Source: a bacterium (lineage in GTDB: Bacteria; RBG-13-61-14; DATKZS01). From it: DNA of 64,000 bases. A program made the position numbers and the translations under genes. A model generated the notes under the pieces. The model saw nothing but the letters and a program-made list of their open reading frames with translations, was not told where the DNA came from and did no database searches. Shown piece by piece: positions 50,650 through 61,001 of the stretch; position 1 is the first letter of the stretch, and every line of letters starts with the position of its first letter. The stretch is taken from assembly GCA_963674965.2 (NCBI GenBank), contig CAXXFL010000005.1, forward strand, positions 352,001 to 416,000. Direction: 5' to 3'.

Positions 50650-50898
50650 CTCGACGCCGCTTTTCTTCCGAGCGGCTTGACGCGAGGCAAGCCGGTGTAT
50701 TAATAGGCCTTGTCAAGCCAAGGCCATCGAAAGCGGTCTCAAGCGACCGCACTCCAAAGCGGCTATGCCGCAAAGAAAAGTACTTTTGCAAGAAGCTCGA
50801 TATTCTTCGCCGGACCGTTTATGAGCGCCGGCCACGTTGTTTGAAAATGATCGCGTTGGCTACCGTCGTTTTTCGCGACGGCCGCATACCGAGCAAAA

Positions 50899-52245
50899 TC
50901 AATCAAGACCGTGCCTTTGAATTTTCTTGATGAGCGTGGACCTGTGAATCCCCAGCATTTCCGAGGCCCTGGTCCTGTTGCCTTTGCACATCCCCAGGAC
51001 CTTTATAATATGCGACTTCTCGACGGCCTCCAGGGTCATGTCCTCATGGTTCGATTTTTCATCTCCCGTCCCTCCCGAAACCACGCTCGAGGGAAGATGG
51101 CGGGGCAAAACGCGGCCCTCCTCGCAGACCATGGCCGCGCGCTCGATAACGTTGCGAAGCTCTCTTATATTGCCCGGCCACGGGTAATAATGGAGTATGG
51201 TCTCCGCCTCTTTGCCGAACCCTTGGATTTTTTTGTTCGCTCGCCCGGCGAAGGTTTCCAGGAAGTACTCGGCCAGGTAGGGAATATCGTCTTTTCTTTT
51301 CCTGAGAGGCGGAATATGAATGGGCATGACGTTGATCCGAAAGAAAAGGTCCTCCCTGAACTTCCCATTTTGCACGGCTTCCCTAAGGTCGGAGTTGGTG
51401 GCGGCCATTATCCTTACGTCGGCCCTCCGGCTTTTCGTTCCTCCCAGGACCCGGAACTTCCGGGTCTCGATCACGCCCAGTATCTTGGCCTGGGAGGTAA
51501 GAGGCATCTCACCGATCTCATCCAGGAACAGAGTGCCGCCCTGGGCCACCTCGATAAGGCCTTTTTTCCTGGAGTTGGCCCCGGTAAAGGCCCCGGGCTC
51601 GTGCCCGAACAGCTCCGACTCGAACAGCTCGGCCCCCAGCCCGGCGCAGTTTATATCCACGAGCTGACTCTCGCGGCGGGCGCTCATCTCATGTATCATC
51701 CGGGCCACCAAGCTTTTCCCCGAGCCGGTCTCGCCGGTAATGAGGACGGTGGTATCGGGGTTGTCGGCCAGGAGACGGACGGCGTGGAAAATCTCCCGAG
51801 GCAGGCGCGGCATTTGGGAGTCCTCGAACCCCTCGAGCCTGGAGACCCGCGTCCGCAAATAATCCCTTTGCTCCCTGACCCTGTAAGCGTCGATGGTCTT
51901 TTTCACCATCTCGGACAAAAGCTCGGGCTCGATGGGCTTCTCGAGGAAATAATCGGCCTTGAGCTTCATGGCCTCGATCACGGACTTGACGCTGCCGTAA
52001 CCGGTGAGGATTAAAGCGCCGGCGCCGGGGGATATCTCCTTGAGCTCCTTGAGTACCTCCAGGCCGGACATTCCCGGCAGCCGAAGGTCGATGATGGCGA
52101 GGCTGACGCGGTTGTTCCTGATATACTCGAGGGCCTCGGGGCCCTGGCCAAAGGAAACGGCCTGGTATCCCTCGGAGGCGAGAAAACTCTCCAAAAAGGA
52201 GCGCACTACCGGCTCGTCGTCGACTATGACTATAACGTCGTGCAT
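50899..52245 (-). CDS. Sigma54-dependent response regulator (NtrC family)
   Basis: REC, GETGSGKS, ESELFGHEPGAFTGA, WPGNIREL, Fis-type HTH. Confidence 0.96.
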   Translation of the reverse strand: MHDVIVIVDDEPVVRSFLESFLASEGYQAVSFGQGPEALEYIRNNRVSLAIIDLRLPGMSGLEVLKELKEISPGAGALILTGYGSVKSVIEAMKLKADYFLEKPIEPELLSEMVKKTIDAYRVREQRDYLRTRVSRLEGFEDSQMPRLPREIFHAVRLLADNPDTTVLITGETGSGKSLVARMIHEMSARRESQLVDINCAGLGAELFESELFGHEPGAFTGANSRKKGLIEVAQGGTLFLDEIGEMPLTSQAKILGVIETRKFRVLGGTKSRRADVRIMAATNSDLREAVQNGKFREDLFFRINVMPIHIPPLRKRKDDIPYLAEYFLETFAGRANKKIQGFGKEAETILHYYPWPGNIRELRNVIERAAMVCEEGRVLPRHLPSSVVSGGTGDEKSNHEDMTLEAVEKSHIIKVLGMCKGNRTRASEMLGIHRSTLIKKIQRHGLD

Positions 52246-52246
52246 G

Positions 52247-53689
52247 TCACGATTTGGGAAGGGTCAGGACCATCTCGGCTCCCTTTTCACGAGGCTTGAA
52301 AACAAGCGTCCCGCCGTGCTCGTGGGCGATCCTTCTCGAGAGGGCCAGTCCCATCCCGGAGTTGCCCTTTTTGGTGGTATAGAAAAGATCGAAGACCTTT
52401 TCCGCGTCCTCCTCGCTTATGCCCGGTCCCTCGTCCGCTATCGAGCAGACAACCCGGTCATCCGCGCTCGAGCAGGAGGCGGTAATGGTCCCGCCCTCGG
52501 GCGAGGCCTCGATGGCGTTCTGGATGAGATTGAGAAGGACCTGACTCATTTTGTCCTTGTCCGCGGCGACGGTCACTTCATTTTCGCGGCCGGTCCTTTT
52601 AGTCTTTATTCCCTTCTCCTTAATAAGGCCCTGGTTGAGGTAGACGACCTCGTCGATCAGCCTGCAAAGGTCAAAGGGTTTTTTGTTCAACGACTTCTGG
52701 GCGGAAAAGCTTAGAAGCTCGCGGATCAGACGGTCCATTCTCATGATTTCCCTGGTCATGATATCGAAGGTTTCGCGCTGGTCCTCGTTGAGGTCCAGGT
52801 CCAGCTCGAGAAGCTGGAGACCGCTGGAAACGGCGAAAAGAGGGTTCTTGATCTCGTGGGCTATGCCGCCCGCCAACTGGCCGATGGCCGCCAGTTTCTC
52901 CTTGGCCTCGAGTTCCCTGCGCATCCGCTTGATCTCGGTAAGGTCCTTGAAAACCGCAACCACACCGATAGTCTTGCCCCTCGAGTCGCGAAGATAGTTG
53001 TTGTTGAAACCAAGTGGTATTTCATCGCCCGAGGCGAGAGTAACGGATATCTCCCTCGAGCGGCCCAGGGGCTCGAGCACCTCGAACATGGGAGTCAAAC
53101 CAAGGCATATCCTGGAAACGTCAGCGCCGGAATAATCAGCGTCACCCGCCCGAAGTATCTCCCGGGCCATCCGGTTGATGGTGATCACCTCGCCGTCAAG
53201 GGCCAGCACCAGAAGACCCGTTAACATGCCGTCCATCACGTCCTGAAGAAGCGCCTTGATCCGGGCCGATTCCTCACGCTTGAGGCGAAAGTCCGCCTCG
53301 GAACCCTCGAGCGCCGTGGTGTCGAAGCAGGAAAAAAAGGCGCCCGCCGGCCCATCGACCCCTTCCGGCTTGGGATACAATCTCGAGGCGATAAGCCGGG
53401 TCCGGCCGTCCTTGTCCTTAAGACGGTACAGCCTTTGCCTTACCTTGCCCTCCCTGTGCACGGACTCGAGGTCACGGACAAAGTTCTCGCGCTCATCCTT
53501 CCTTTCAAGGAAATCGACCAGGCCCTTCCCCTGAGGGGCATCCAGGGCTAGAAGAGATTTGAAGCCCGGGGAAAGGGCGATGAAGCCGCCGTCTTTGGAA
53601 ACGAGCGCGGCAAGGTCGGCCGCCAATTGAAGGGCCGTTTCCACGCTGACAAAGTTCGCGGGGGAGGGCGGATGTTTGGAAGTCTTCAC
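52247..53689 (-). CDS. Cytoplasmic PAS-domain sensor histidine kinase
   Basis: PAS-like segments, AHEIKNPL, NLIQNA, DEGPG, FYTTK, GMGL; no TM seen. Start codon uncertain. Confidence 0.92.
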   Translation of the reverse strand: MKTSKHPPSPANFVSVETALQLAADLAALVSKDGGFIALSPGFKSLLALDAPQGKGLVDFLERKDERENFVRDLESVHREGKVRQRLYRLKDKDGRTRLIASRLYPKPEGVDGPAGAFFSCFDTTALEGSEADFRLKREESARIKALLQDVMDGMLTGLLVLALDGEVITINRMAREILRAGDADYSGADVSRICLGLTPMFEVLEPLGRSREISVTLASGDEIPLGFNNNYLRDSRGKTIGVVAVFKDLTEIKRMRRELEAKEKLAAIGQLAGGIAHEIKNPLFAVSSGLQLLELDLDLNEDQRETFDIMTREIMRMDRLIRELLSFSAQKSLNKKPFDLCRLIDEVVYLNQGLIKEKGIKTKRTGRENEVTVAADKDKMSQVLLNLIQNAIEASPEGGTITASCSSADDRVVCSIADEGPGISEEDAEKVFDLFYTTKKGNSGMGLALSRRIAHEHGGTLVFKPREKGAEMVLTLPKS

Positions 53690-53851
53690 TTATTCCCTCG
53701 AAACGAGCGCAAGACGCTGACGCCAAGACCCCGCCAGATGGGACCAGCCCGGCGTCGAAAGGCGCGTCCACGCTAATATTTATTGTACTATATTGTACTT
53801 GAAAAACGGGCCGGCGCCCGCGAAAACTTTTAAGGGTCGGGAAAAGCGATT

Positions 53852-54652
53852 TCACCCTCTCGGGTATGGCCGCACAATGACGGTAGTGCCCCTGGTCACG
53901 AACTCGCGGTTCAGCCACTGGGCGTCATCGTAAAAGACCCTGATGCAGCCGTGGCTGGCGTTCTTGCCGGGCAGGTAACCCGCGTGGATGGCGTAGCCGC
54001 TCCTGAAGAACATGGCGTAGGGCATGCGGGCGCAGCTTTTGCCGCGGCAGCCGATGGGGTACTTGCCCGAGCGGTAGCTGGCCCCATATTCCTTGTATAC
54101 CTTGAAGGTCCCGACCGGGGTGCGGCATCTTCTCCTTATATCTCCGCAATAATTCTTTCCTCCCGCGGCCGGTCCCCACCTCACCAGGTTGCCCCCCGAG
54201 TCGTAGGCGGCGAAGGCCAAAAGGCCCGGATCGAAGACCACGTGTTTGCCCCTGGCGTACTTGGCCTTTTCCGGAAAGGGCGAGAAGTCCATCAGCGTGC
54301 TTCCCTCGAGGTTTTTAGGCACGGCGATCTGATATCCTTCCCTTAGCCGGTAATTCATGCGGTTGATTTTTTGAATTATCTCCCGCTGCCCCTCGTCGGG
54401 CCACATATCCTCCCAGGTGGGGGCCTCCCTCTTCTCGACCGTCTGAGTTCCCCGCCGGGTCTTCACTTCCTTCTCGACCGTGGTCGCGCCGATGGTCACG
54501 CAGTCGAAATTGACGGTGTCCGCGCAAAGTATGGCCGCGCCGTACCATCCGTTCGGCTCGGCCCAGGCATTTTCCGGCGCCAATACCGCCGCCGAAACCG
54601 CGGCAAAAAAAGTTATCGCGCCAAGCGTTAATCGGCGTTTTGACCCGAACAT
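53852..54652 (-). CDS. L,D-transpeptidase (YkuD family)
   Basis: Signal peptide; TPVGTF, MPYAMFF, AIHAG...SHGCIR. Confidence 0.9.
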   Translation of the reverse strand: MFGSKRRLTLGAITFFAAVSAAVLAPENAWAEPNGWYGAAILCADTVNFDCVTIGATTVEKEVKTRRGTQTVEKREAPTWEDMWPDEGQREIIQKINRMNYRLREGYQIAVPKNLEGSTLMDFSPFPEKAKYARGKHVVFDPGLLAFAAYDSGGNLVRWGPAAGGKNYCGDIRRRCRTPVGTFKVYKEYGASYRSGKYPIGCRGKSCARMPYAMFFRSGYAIHAGYLPGKNASHGCIRVFYDDAQWLNREFVTRGTTVIVRPYPRG

Positions 54653-54802
54653 GCCATCATCCCCCTTTTTAACAATAATCTCTGATAGTTACCACGCCGA
54701 GGCGGCGCTAAGATAATATACTCGATTGGGGATTTACGCAACGCCTTTTCGTCAAAAAATAAGGGCGCCGCTTGGACGCCCTTATTACGCGAGGATTTTC
54801 CC

Positions 54803-56116
54803 TTACATTTTAAGCCGCTTCTTGGCCTCTTCCAGCAGCTCGTCGCGGAACTTGGGATGGGCAATTTCGATCAACGCCAGCGCCCTCTCCCTCTCGTCCC
54901 TGGCGGTCAGGTTGGCAATGCCGTACTCGGTGACCACGTACTGGGCGTAATGGCGGGGAACCGTAACGCGGGCCCCCTGCTTCGGATAAGGCACTATCCT
55001 GGAAATCTCGCCGCCCTTGGCCGTGCTGGGAAGGATGTTGATGGCCCGGCCGCCCTCCGACAGGTAGGCCCCGATCACGAAGTCGAGTTGGCCGCCAGTG
55101 CCCGAGCGCATGACGTCGCCGAAGCTCTCCGAGCAGATTGTGCCCACCAGGTCCACCTCGATGGACCCGTTAATGGCCACCAGGTTCTTTTCCTGGGCCA
55201 GAAGGGGGATCGAGTTGCAGTAGCTGGCGCAGTAGAACTCGACCATGGGGTTGTTGCCGAGAAAGTCGTACAAATTCTGGTCGCCGAAGGCGAAGGCCAT
55301 GATCATTTTGTTTTTATGGGTCTGCTTGTAGCGGCCGGTCACGATGCCGGCCTCGACCAGTTCCTTGGTGCCCATGGGGGCCATCTCCGTGTGGATGCCA
55401 AGGTCCTTAAGGTCGCTCTCGGCGATGAGCTTGGATATCTGGCCCGGCACCGCGCCTATGCCCACCTGGAGGCAGTCGCGGTCCTTGAGGAGACTGACCA
55501 CGTTCTCGGCGATCTTCTTGTGAACGTCCGAGGGCGCGGGCATGGGCGGCACGAAAAGGGGCGCGTCCTGCTCGACGAACTTGTCGAACCTGCTGATATG
55601 GTAATGGGAGTTGCCGTGGGTCATGGGCATGTTCTTGTTTACCTGTCCCACCACCCAGTCGGCCTGGTCCACCAGGTCGGGCGTGCAAAAAAGGTCAAGA
55701 CCAAGCGAGACGTACCCGTGCTCGTCGGGAGGGCTGACCACGGTGATGACGCCCTGGCGCCTGGGGTCTACCTCCTGCCTTTTCTGGGCAACGTATCCAA
55801 CGTTCGAGCTTTGGGCGGGAATAAAGCTCGAGGCCCCGGCCGCGTGCATTCCCATGGTAAGCTGGGAGTAGAAGCCGACGATGAGCCGGAAGGTCTCGCG
55901 GTACTCGGGCTGGAAAATCTTGTAAAGGTTGAAGCTGAGCATCGAGACGTATTGCACGTCCTTTAACTCGTCCTTACGGTCGGCGATGGCGTCCATGATC
56001 TCCATGCTGGGCTCGCCCAGGCCAAGGGGAGTATAGAAGCGGTCGCCGCTCTCGATGATTTTAGCCGCCTCCGCGGGCGAACAAAGTTTAGACTGATACT
56101 CTTTTTTCCAGGACAT
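54803..56116 (-). CDS. Acetyl-CoA hydrolase/4-hydroxybutyrate CoA-transferase family protein
   Basis: LQVGIGAVP, GIHTEM, GTGGQLDF, VVTEYG, IAHPKFR. Confidence 0.92.
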   Translation of the reverse strand: MSWKKEYQSKLCSPAEAAKIIESGDRFYTPLGLGEPSMEIMDAIADRKDELKDVQYVSMLSFNLYKIFQPEYRETFRLIVGFYSQLTMGMHAAGASSFIPAQSSNVGYVAQKRQEVDPRRQGVITVVSPPDEHGYVSLGLDLFCTPDLVDQADWVVGQVNKNMPMTHGNSHYHISRFDKFVEQDAPLFVPPMPAPSDVHKKIAENVVSLLKDRDCLQVGIGAVPGQISKLIAESDLKDLGIHTEMAPMGTKELVEAGIVTGRYKQTHKNKMIMAFAFGDQNLYDFLGNNPMVEFYCASYCNSIPLLAQEKNLVAINGSIEVDLVGTICSESFGDVMRSGTGGQLDFVIGAYLSEGGRAINILPSTAKGGEISRIVPYPKQGARVTVPRHYAQYVVTEYGIANLTARDERERALALIEIAHPKFRDELLEEAKKRLKM

Positions 56117-56431
56117 GAATACACCTCACTTCTTTTTATATAGGCCGGGCTAAAGCGGCCTTGGTATACAATGGTAGATATATTTCCGGAAACTTCACGG
56201 GAGTGATTATTATAATCCTTTTTCCCGGGATATTAAGCGTTATCCGAAATCGCGGCCTCCCACCTGATAAGAAAATGGGCTTTCGGATGCCTTGAAGCGA
56301 GTCCTGGCGCCGCTCGGCGCCCGGGTTTGATTGACCTTCCAGTTTCGATGGAGTATAGTCGGCATAGACCGCTTGGAAAGCGAGAAAAATTATCGGCGCG
56401 TTCATGGCGCCGGAAAGAAGTAGGATATCCA

Positions 56432-57190
56432 ATGAAGAAGTTTGTCTTTTTCGCGGCGTTGTTTTTTTCGCTCGTCTTTTCACTGGACTCGAACGCCCAG
56501 ATCAACTCGGACCGGATAAGCTTCGAGCTCGGCTTCGGCTCGGCCTTGAACGTGCCCACTCCTCTTCATATTCATATGAACGGCCAAGAGGACATCGATA
56601 TCGACTCGGCCGAGTACGACGACAAGCCCCTTTACGACGCGCCCTATTACAACTGGCGGGTGGGTCTGTGGAAAGAGAACAAAGCCTGGGAAATCGAGCT
56701 TATCCACCACAAGCTATACCTCATGAACCCCACGCCCGAGATCGATTACTTTAATATCTCTCACGGTTATAACCTTGTCACCCTCAACCGGGCCTGGGAC
56801 GCCAAGGGCGCCATCTGGAGATTGGGGGGAGGGTTCGTGCTGGCCCATCCCGAAAGCCGGATTTACGGCAAGGAACTGGACTGGAGCAACGATTACCTGG
56901 ACGGCTTTTACGCCGCCGGTCCCACCATGCAGGCCACCGCCGGCAAGAGGTGGTACGGATGGGGCGACACCTTCGTGGCCCTCGAGGCCAAGTTCACGGC
57001 CTCCTACGCCGAGGTCCCGGTTTTCGACGGCAAGGCCTACGTTCCCAACTTGGCCTTCCACGCCATCTTCATGATCGGCTTCGACTGGGTCAACAAGAAG
57101 GCCGAGGTGGGAACCTCCTCCTATTACGGGAAGGACCCTTATCCGGCGGTGATCGATCCTCTTTATCTCGCCCGAAGCTCGAGTATCTGA
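56432..57190 (+). CDS. Exported, probably outer-membrane beta-barrel protein
   Basis: MKKFVFF signal peptide; aromatic/Gly-rich alternating strands (PYYNWRVG, ELIHHKLY, SHGYN). Confidence 0.65.
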   Translation: MKKFVFFAALFFSLVFSLDSNAQINSDRISFELGFGSALNVPTPLHIHMNGQEDIDIDSAEYDDKPLYDAPYYNWRVGLWKENKAWEIELIHHKLYLMNPTPEIDYFNISHGYNLVTLNRAWDAKGAIWRLGGGFVLAHPESRIYGKELDWSNDYLDGFYAAGPTMQATAGKRWYGWGDTFVALEAKFTASYAEVPVFDGKAYVPNLAFHAIFMIGFDWVNKKAEVGTSSYYGKDPYPAVIDPLYLARSSSI

Positions 57191-57199
57191 GACTTTCCT

Positions 57200-58201
57200 T
57201 TAGACCGAGTTGGCGTTTCTCAGGGCCTCGGCCGCGTCCTCCGGCGGGGTGGGGTTTATGTAGAAACCCGAGCCCCACTCGAAGCCCGCCACCTGGGTCA
57301 GCTTGGGCATGACCTCGATGTGCCAGTGGTAATGGGGCGGACTGGTGTGAAGAGGCGCCGTGTGCAGAATGTAGTTGTAAGGCGGATCGCTCAGTATGTC
57401 GGCCATTTTCTTCATCAGGACATGGAGAATCTCGGCCAGCTTGGGTATCTGGTGGGCCTCGATGTTCTCGAAGCAGGCCTGGTGCCTTTTCGGAAGTATC
57501 CAGGTCTCGAAGGGCGACTTGGGGGCGTAGGGAGATAAAAGCACGAACTCCTCGTTCTCCGCCACCACCCGGATGCCGTCGTTCAACTCCTGCCGGATGA
57601 TATCGCAGAACACGCACCTTTCCTTGAACTTCCAGTGGGCCTCGGCCCCGGCCAGCTCCTCGGCCACCCGCTTGGGAACGATGGGAAGGGCGATAAGCTG
57701 GGAGTGAGTGTGATCGAGGCTCGCGCCCGCGTCGCGGCCCTTGTTCTTGAAGATCAGGATGTAGTGAAGACGAGGGTCCTTTTTCAGGTCGACCATGCGG
57801 TCACGGTAGGCCCAGATGGCGTTCTCGACCTCCTTTACGCTCATGCCGTTGAAATTGCACTCGTGACGAGGCGTCTCGATAATGACCTCGTGGGCCCCCA
57901 CCCCCGCCATCTTGTCGAACATGCCCTCGCCTTCCCGGTCCATGTCGCCCTCGATGGCCAGGGCGGGAAACTTGTTGGGCACGACCCGAACTTCCCAGCC
58001 GGGCCCGTTGGCCTGGCCGTGGGGTCGGTAGGCCAGTATCTCGGGAGGGGTCTTGCCCTCGTTGCCCTGGCAAAAGGGGCAGGAGGAGGTGTCTAATAGA
58101 CAGGTCTCCCCCTTGGTGACGAAGTCGGAAGGACGCCTTCTTCTTTCCGTGGCGATGATGACCCACCTTCCTATGACGGGGTCTTTCCTGAGTTCAGGCA
58201 T
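57200..58201 (-). CDS. galT: Galactose-1-phosphate uridylyltransferase
   Basis: MPELRKDP, CPFC, NKFPAL, GASLDHTHSQ (HxHxQ), YHWHIE, GFEWGSG. Confidence 0.93.
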   Translation of the reverse strand: MPELRKDPVIGRWVIIATERRRRPSDFVTKGETCLLDTSSCPFCQGNEGKTPPEILAYRPHGQANGPGWEVRVVPNKFPALAIEGDMDREGEGMFDKMAGVGAHEVIIETPRHECNFNGMSVKEVENAIWAYRDRMVDLKKDPRLHYILIFKNKGRDAGASLDHTHSQLIALPIVPKRVAEELAGAEAHWKFKERCVFCDIIRQELNDGIRVVAENEEFVLLSPYAPKSPFETWILPKRHQACFENIEAHQIPKLAEILHVLMKKMADILSDPPYNYILHTAPLHTSPPHYHWHIEVMPKLTQVAGFEWGSGFYINPTPPEDAAEALRNANSV

Positions 58202-58426
58202 GACGTAATCTCCTTGTACGCGGCTCGCGGTCTTTTGGGCCGCGTTCCAACCGGGTTTCACTTCTGGAAATTTTCGCTTACCGCGCGCGTATACCGCTTG
58301 TGCGCCTTGGATAGATAAGGCCCTCGGGCATAGGTTCTGACTATTCACCGAAGGCCGATGGAGCGGCGGTTAGTGGTATAGTTATTGTAAGCGACCGCCC
58401 GGAATAGTCAAGTCCCTTTTTTCCGC

Positions 58427-58990
58427 TCACCGCCAGGTAAGGTCGAAATAAAGGACCAGGTCTCCGCCTTTTTCCTCGCCCCTGGTCATGAGCTTGACCA
58501 TTTCGCCGCCGTTAAGCTGAACCAGCTTTTTGAAATGGGCCCCCGTCAGGACCAGGAACATGTCAACGCCGTCCTTGAGCTCACCCAGTTCCCAGACCTT
58601 GACCTGCATGCTTTTATCGCCCGTGCCCGCGGCCTCCATGCGGGAGAAATTGAAAAGAGACCTTCTCAGGTCCAGAAATTTCTCCACCGACGTCAGGGGG
58701 TCTCCCTTGTCCAGGAAGGGCTTGTAAGGGCCGTTGAAAAGCTCCTGCATGGCCAGTTCCCCGAACTGGGATACCACTCTTTTATCCGCCTTGGCCACCA
58801 GGTAATAAACGGCCACGCCTATCCGCTGGTAGTTCTCCACCGGATACCAGGCCGTGGGTATGACCATGCCGTCGATTATGTTCCAGTCGTCCGGCTTAAG
58901 GTAGTCGTCCCAGGGCAGGTCACGGAAAGCCCTTACCACCTTGACCATGTCAAGGAGAACGCTTCCCTTTACCATTCTAGCGGCGCTCAT
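58427..58990 (-). CDS. Hypothetical protein (DUF2378/TIGR02265-like)
   Basis: VKGSVL...AWYPVE pattern; GGGGAAGAGG upstream of ATG 58990. Confidence 0.6.
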   Translation of the reverse strand: MSAARMVKGSVLLDMVKVVRAFRDLPWDDYLKPDDWNIIDGMVIPTAWYPVENYQRIGVAVYYLVAKADKRVVSQFGELAMQELFNGPYKPFLDKGDPLTSVEKFLDLRRSLFNFSRMEAAGTGDKSMQVKVWELGELKDGVDMFLVLTGAHFKKLVQLNGGEMVKLMTRGEEKGGDLVLYFDLTWR

Positions 58991-59178
58991 TCCTGGCCTC
59001 TTCCCCCATTCGGAGTGACGCGGGTTTTTTAACCCCGTTCCCCGCCCTCCCTTTTCCCGCAAATAATAAACTCCGGCTTTTTTGCAGTCAAGTTAACGCC
59101 CGAGCTCGTCCGCCGCCCGAGGCCGGACAAGCGGCGGCCCAGTTTGCCCGCGTTCGCGGTTTTTGCTAATGTATCCGC

Positions 59179-59487
59179 ATGAGCGGATGGTTCGATGTGG
59201 GCTCCCGGCGCTACTTTGTCTCGCGGGCGCTGGCGTTCCTTTTTCTCGCCGTCGTCTTTCGGCTTCATATCGGCTCCATATTCACCCTCGCCGCTCTGTT
59301 GACGCTCGCCGACCGGTGGATTCTGGAGGAGTTGGATACCTCGGCCGACCGCGACGCGGGACGTAACTTCGCCTTGGCCATCCAGCACGGACTCTATATC
59401 GCGGGAGCGACGTTTATCTTCATGGCCGCGGTGAACGCCGGTCTTAGGACCGTTTCCAACGACTGGCGCTGGCTTGCGCCGCCTTGA
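59179..59487 (+). CDS. Small membrane protein
   Basis: 102 aa with 2-3 hydrophobic segments; upstream of pgi. Confidence 0.5.
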   Translation: MSGWFDVGSRRYFVSRALAFLFLAVVFRLHIGSIFTLAALLTLADRWILEELDTSADRDAGRNFALAIQHGLYIAGATFIFMAAVNAGLRTVSNDWRWLAPP

Positions 59488-59567
59488 TAAGTCCCGGCCT
59501 TCAGGCAAGGATTCGCATTATAGTTTAAGGTTCTGAAATCGCGCCGTCCGCGCGAGGGAGGGTTAAA

Positions 59568-60965
59568 ATGACGCTGGAAATCGATTACTCGAACGCGATG
59601 CTGGACAACGTCGGCGAGATGGGGCTTAAGCTCTCGGACATAAAGGACTTGCAGGGGAGGGCCGGAGAAATCCACCAGGACCTGACCCGGAGACGAAAAG
59701 AGGGCAAGCTGCCCTTTTACGACCTTCCTTACCAGAACATCACCAGGATCATGAAGGTGTCCTGCAAGTGCGAGGACCAGCCCATCGAGAACGTGGTCGT
59801 TCTCGGCATCGGCGGCAGCGCCCTCGGCGCCCGGGCCCTGGCCAAGGCCCTGCTGCCGCCTTACCACGAGGTGGGAGACGCGGCCTATCGGGCCGGACTG
59901 CCCCGCCTGTTCGTGGCCGACAACGTGGACCCCGATTACTTCACCGGACTCCTGTCCGTGCTCGACCTTGGCCGGACCAGGTTCGTGGCCATATCCAAAT
60001 CGGGAGGCACCGCCGAGGTCATGAGCCAGTTCCTCATCGCCCGCGACAAGCTCATCCGCAAGTTCGGCGAAGAGGGCTACAGACAAAGAATGGTGGCAAT
60101 CACGGACCAGGAAAAAGGGTACCTCCGCGATATCGTCCAAAGAGACGGGCTCGAGTCCTATCCCGTGCCCCCGGGAGTGGGCGGAAGGTTTTCGGTCATG
60201 ACCCCCGTCGGGCTCATCCCCGCCTACATGGCCGGCGTGGACGTGGTCGCCCTCCTCCGCGGCGCCGCCAATATGGATAAAGCCTGCTCCGAGCCGGATA
60301 TCCTGGCCAACCCCGCTTACCTTCTCGCCGCCATCCTCTACCTGGCCGACGTCAAGCTGAAAAGGAACGTGCTCGTCATGATGCCCTACGCCTCGAGCCT
60401 CCTCGAGTTCGCCGAGTGGTTCCAGCAGCTGTGGGCCGAGAGCCTGGGAAAGGCCATCGACCTGAACGGCGGCCCCGCCAACGTCTGCGCCACGCCCGTT
60501 CGCTCGCTGGGGGCCACGGACCAGCATTCCCAGCTCCAGCTTTACATGGAGGGGCCGCGCGACAAGCTGATCGTTTTCATCAAGCCCAATGAGTTCATCG
60601 AGCGGGGGACCATACCCGAGGCCTTCGGTGACGTCGAGGGCGTGGGCTACCTGGGCGGCCACAGCCTGTCCGAGCTGATCCGGGCCGAGGCCAAGGCCAG
60701 CGAGACGGCATTGGCCAAGGCGGGCAGGCCCAACATAAGGCTCGACGTGACCCGGGTGGACGGCGATAACCTGGGCCGGCTCATGTATATGTGCGAGGTG
60801 GCCACCCTCTTCGCCGGCGGACTCTACAACGTCAATCCCCTCGACCAGCCCGGAGTCGAGATGGGAAAGAAGTTCGCCTTCTCCATGATGGGAAGAAAGG
60901 GCTACGACGCGGAAAAAACGGAAGTCGAGGAGTGGGACAAGAAAAAGGTGAAGTACATACTTTAA
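59568..60965 (+). CDS. pgi: Glucose-6-phosphate isomerase
   Basis: GIGGSALG, SKSGGTAE, VGGRFSV, QLWAESLGK, DQHSQLQ, DQPGVEMGK. Confidence 0.97.
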   Translation: MTLEIDYSNAMLDNVGEMGLKLSDIKDLQGRAGEIHQDLTRRRKEGKLPFYDLPYQNITRIMKVSCKCEDQPIENVVVLGIGGSALGARALAKALLPPYHEVGDAAYRAGLPRLFVADNVDPDYFTGLLSVLDLGRTRFVAISKSGGTAEVMSQFLIARDKLIRKFGEEGYRQRMVAITDQEKGYLRDIVQRDGLESYPVPPGVGGRFSVMTPVGLIPAYMAGVDVVALLRGAANMDKACSEPDILANPAYLLAAILYLADVKLKRNVLVMMPYASSLLEFAEWFQQLWAESLGKAIDLNGGPANVCATPVRSLGATDQHSQLQLYMEGPRDKLIVFIKPNEFIERGTIPEAFGDVEGVGYLGGHSLSELIRAEAKASETALAKAGRPNIRLDVTRVDGDNLGRLMYMCEVATLFAGGLYNVNPLDQPGVEMGKKFAFSMMGRKGYDAEKTEVEEWDKKKVKYIL

Positions 60966-61001
60966 TCGCGGCCCGGCAAGGAGGCCGGGAAGGGGGGCCA
61001 A

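Larger units (their letters stand above)
49161..50798. mobile_element. Second MITE copy (inverted), interrupted by IS481
   Basis: 49161-49201 plus 50654-50798 rebuild the reverse complement of 10752-10937 with about two differences; GATA direct repeat at 49157-49160 and 50799-50802. Confidence 0.88.
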
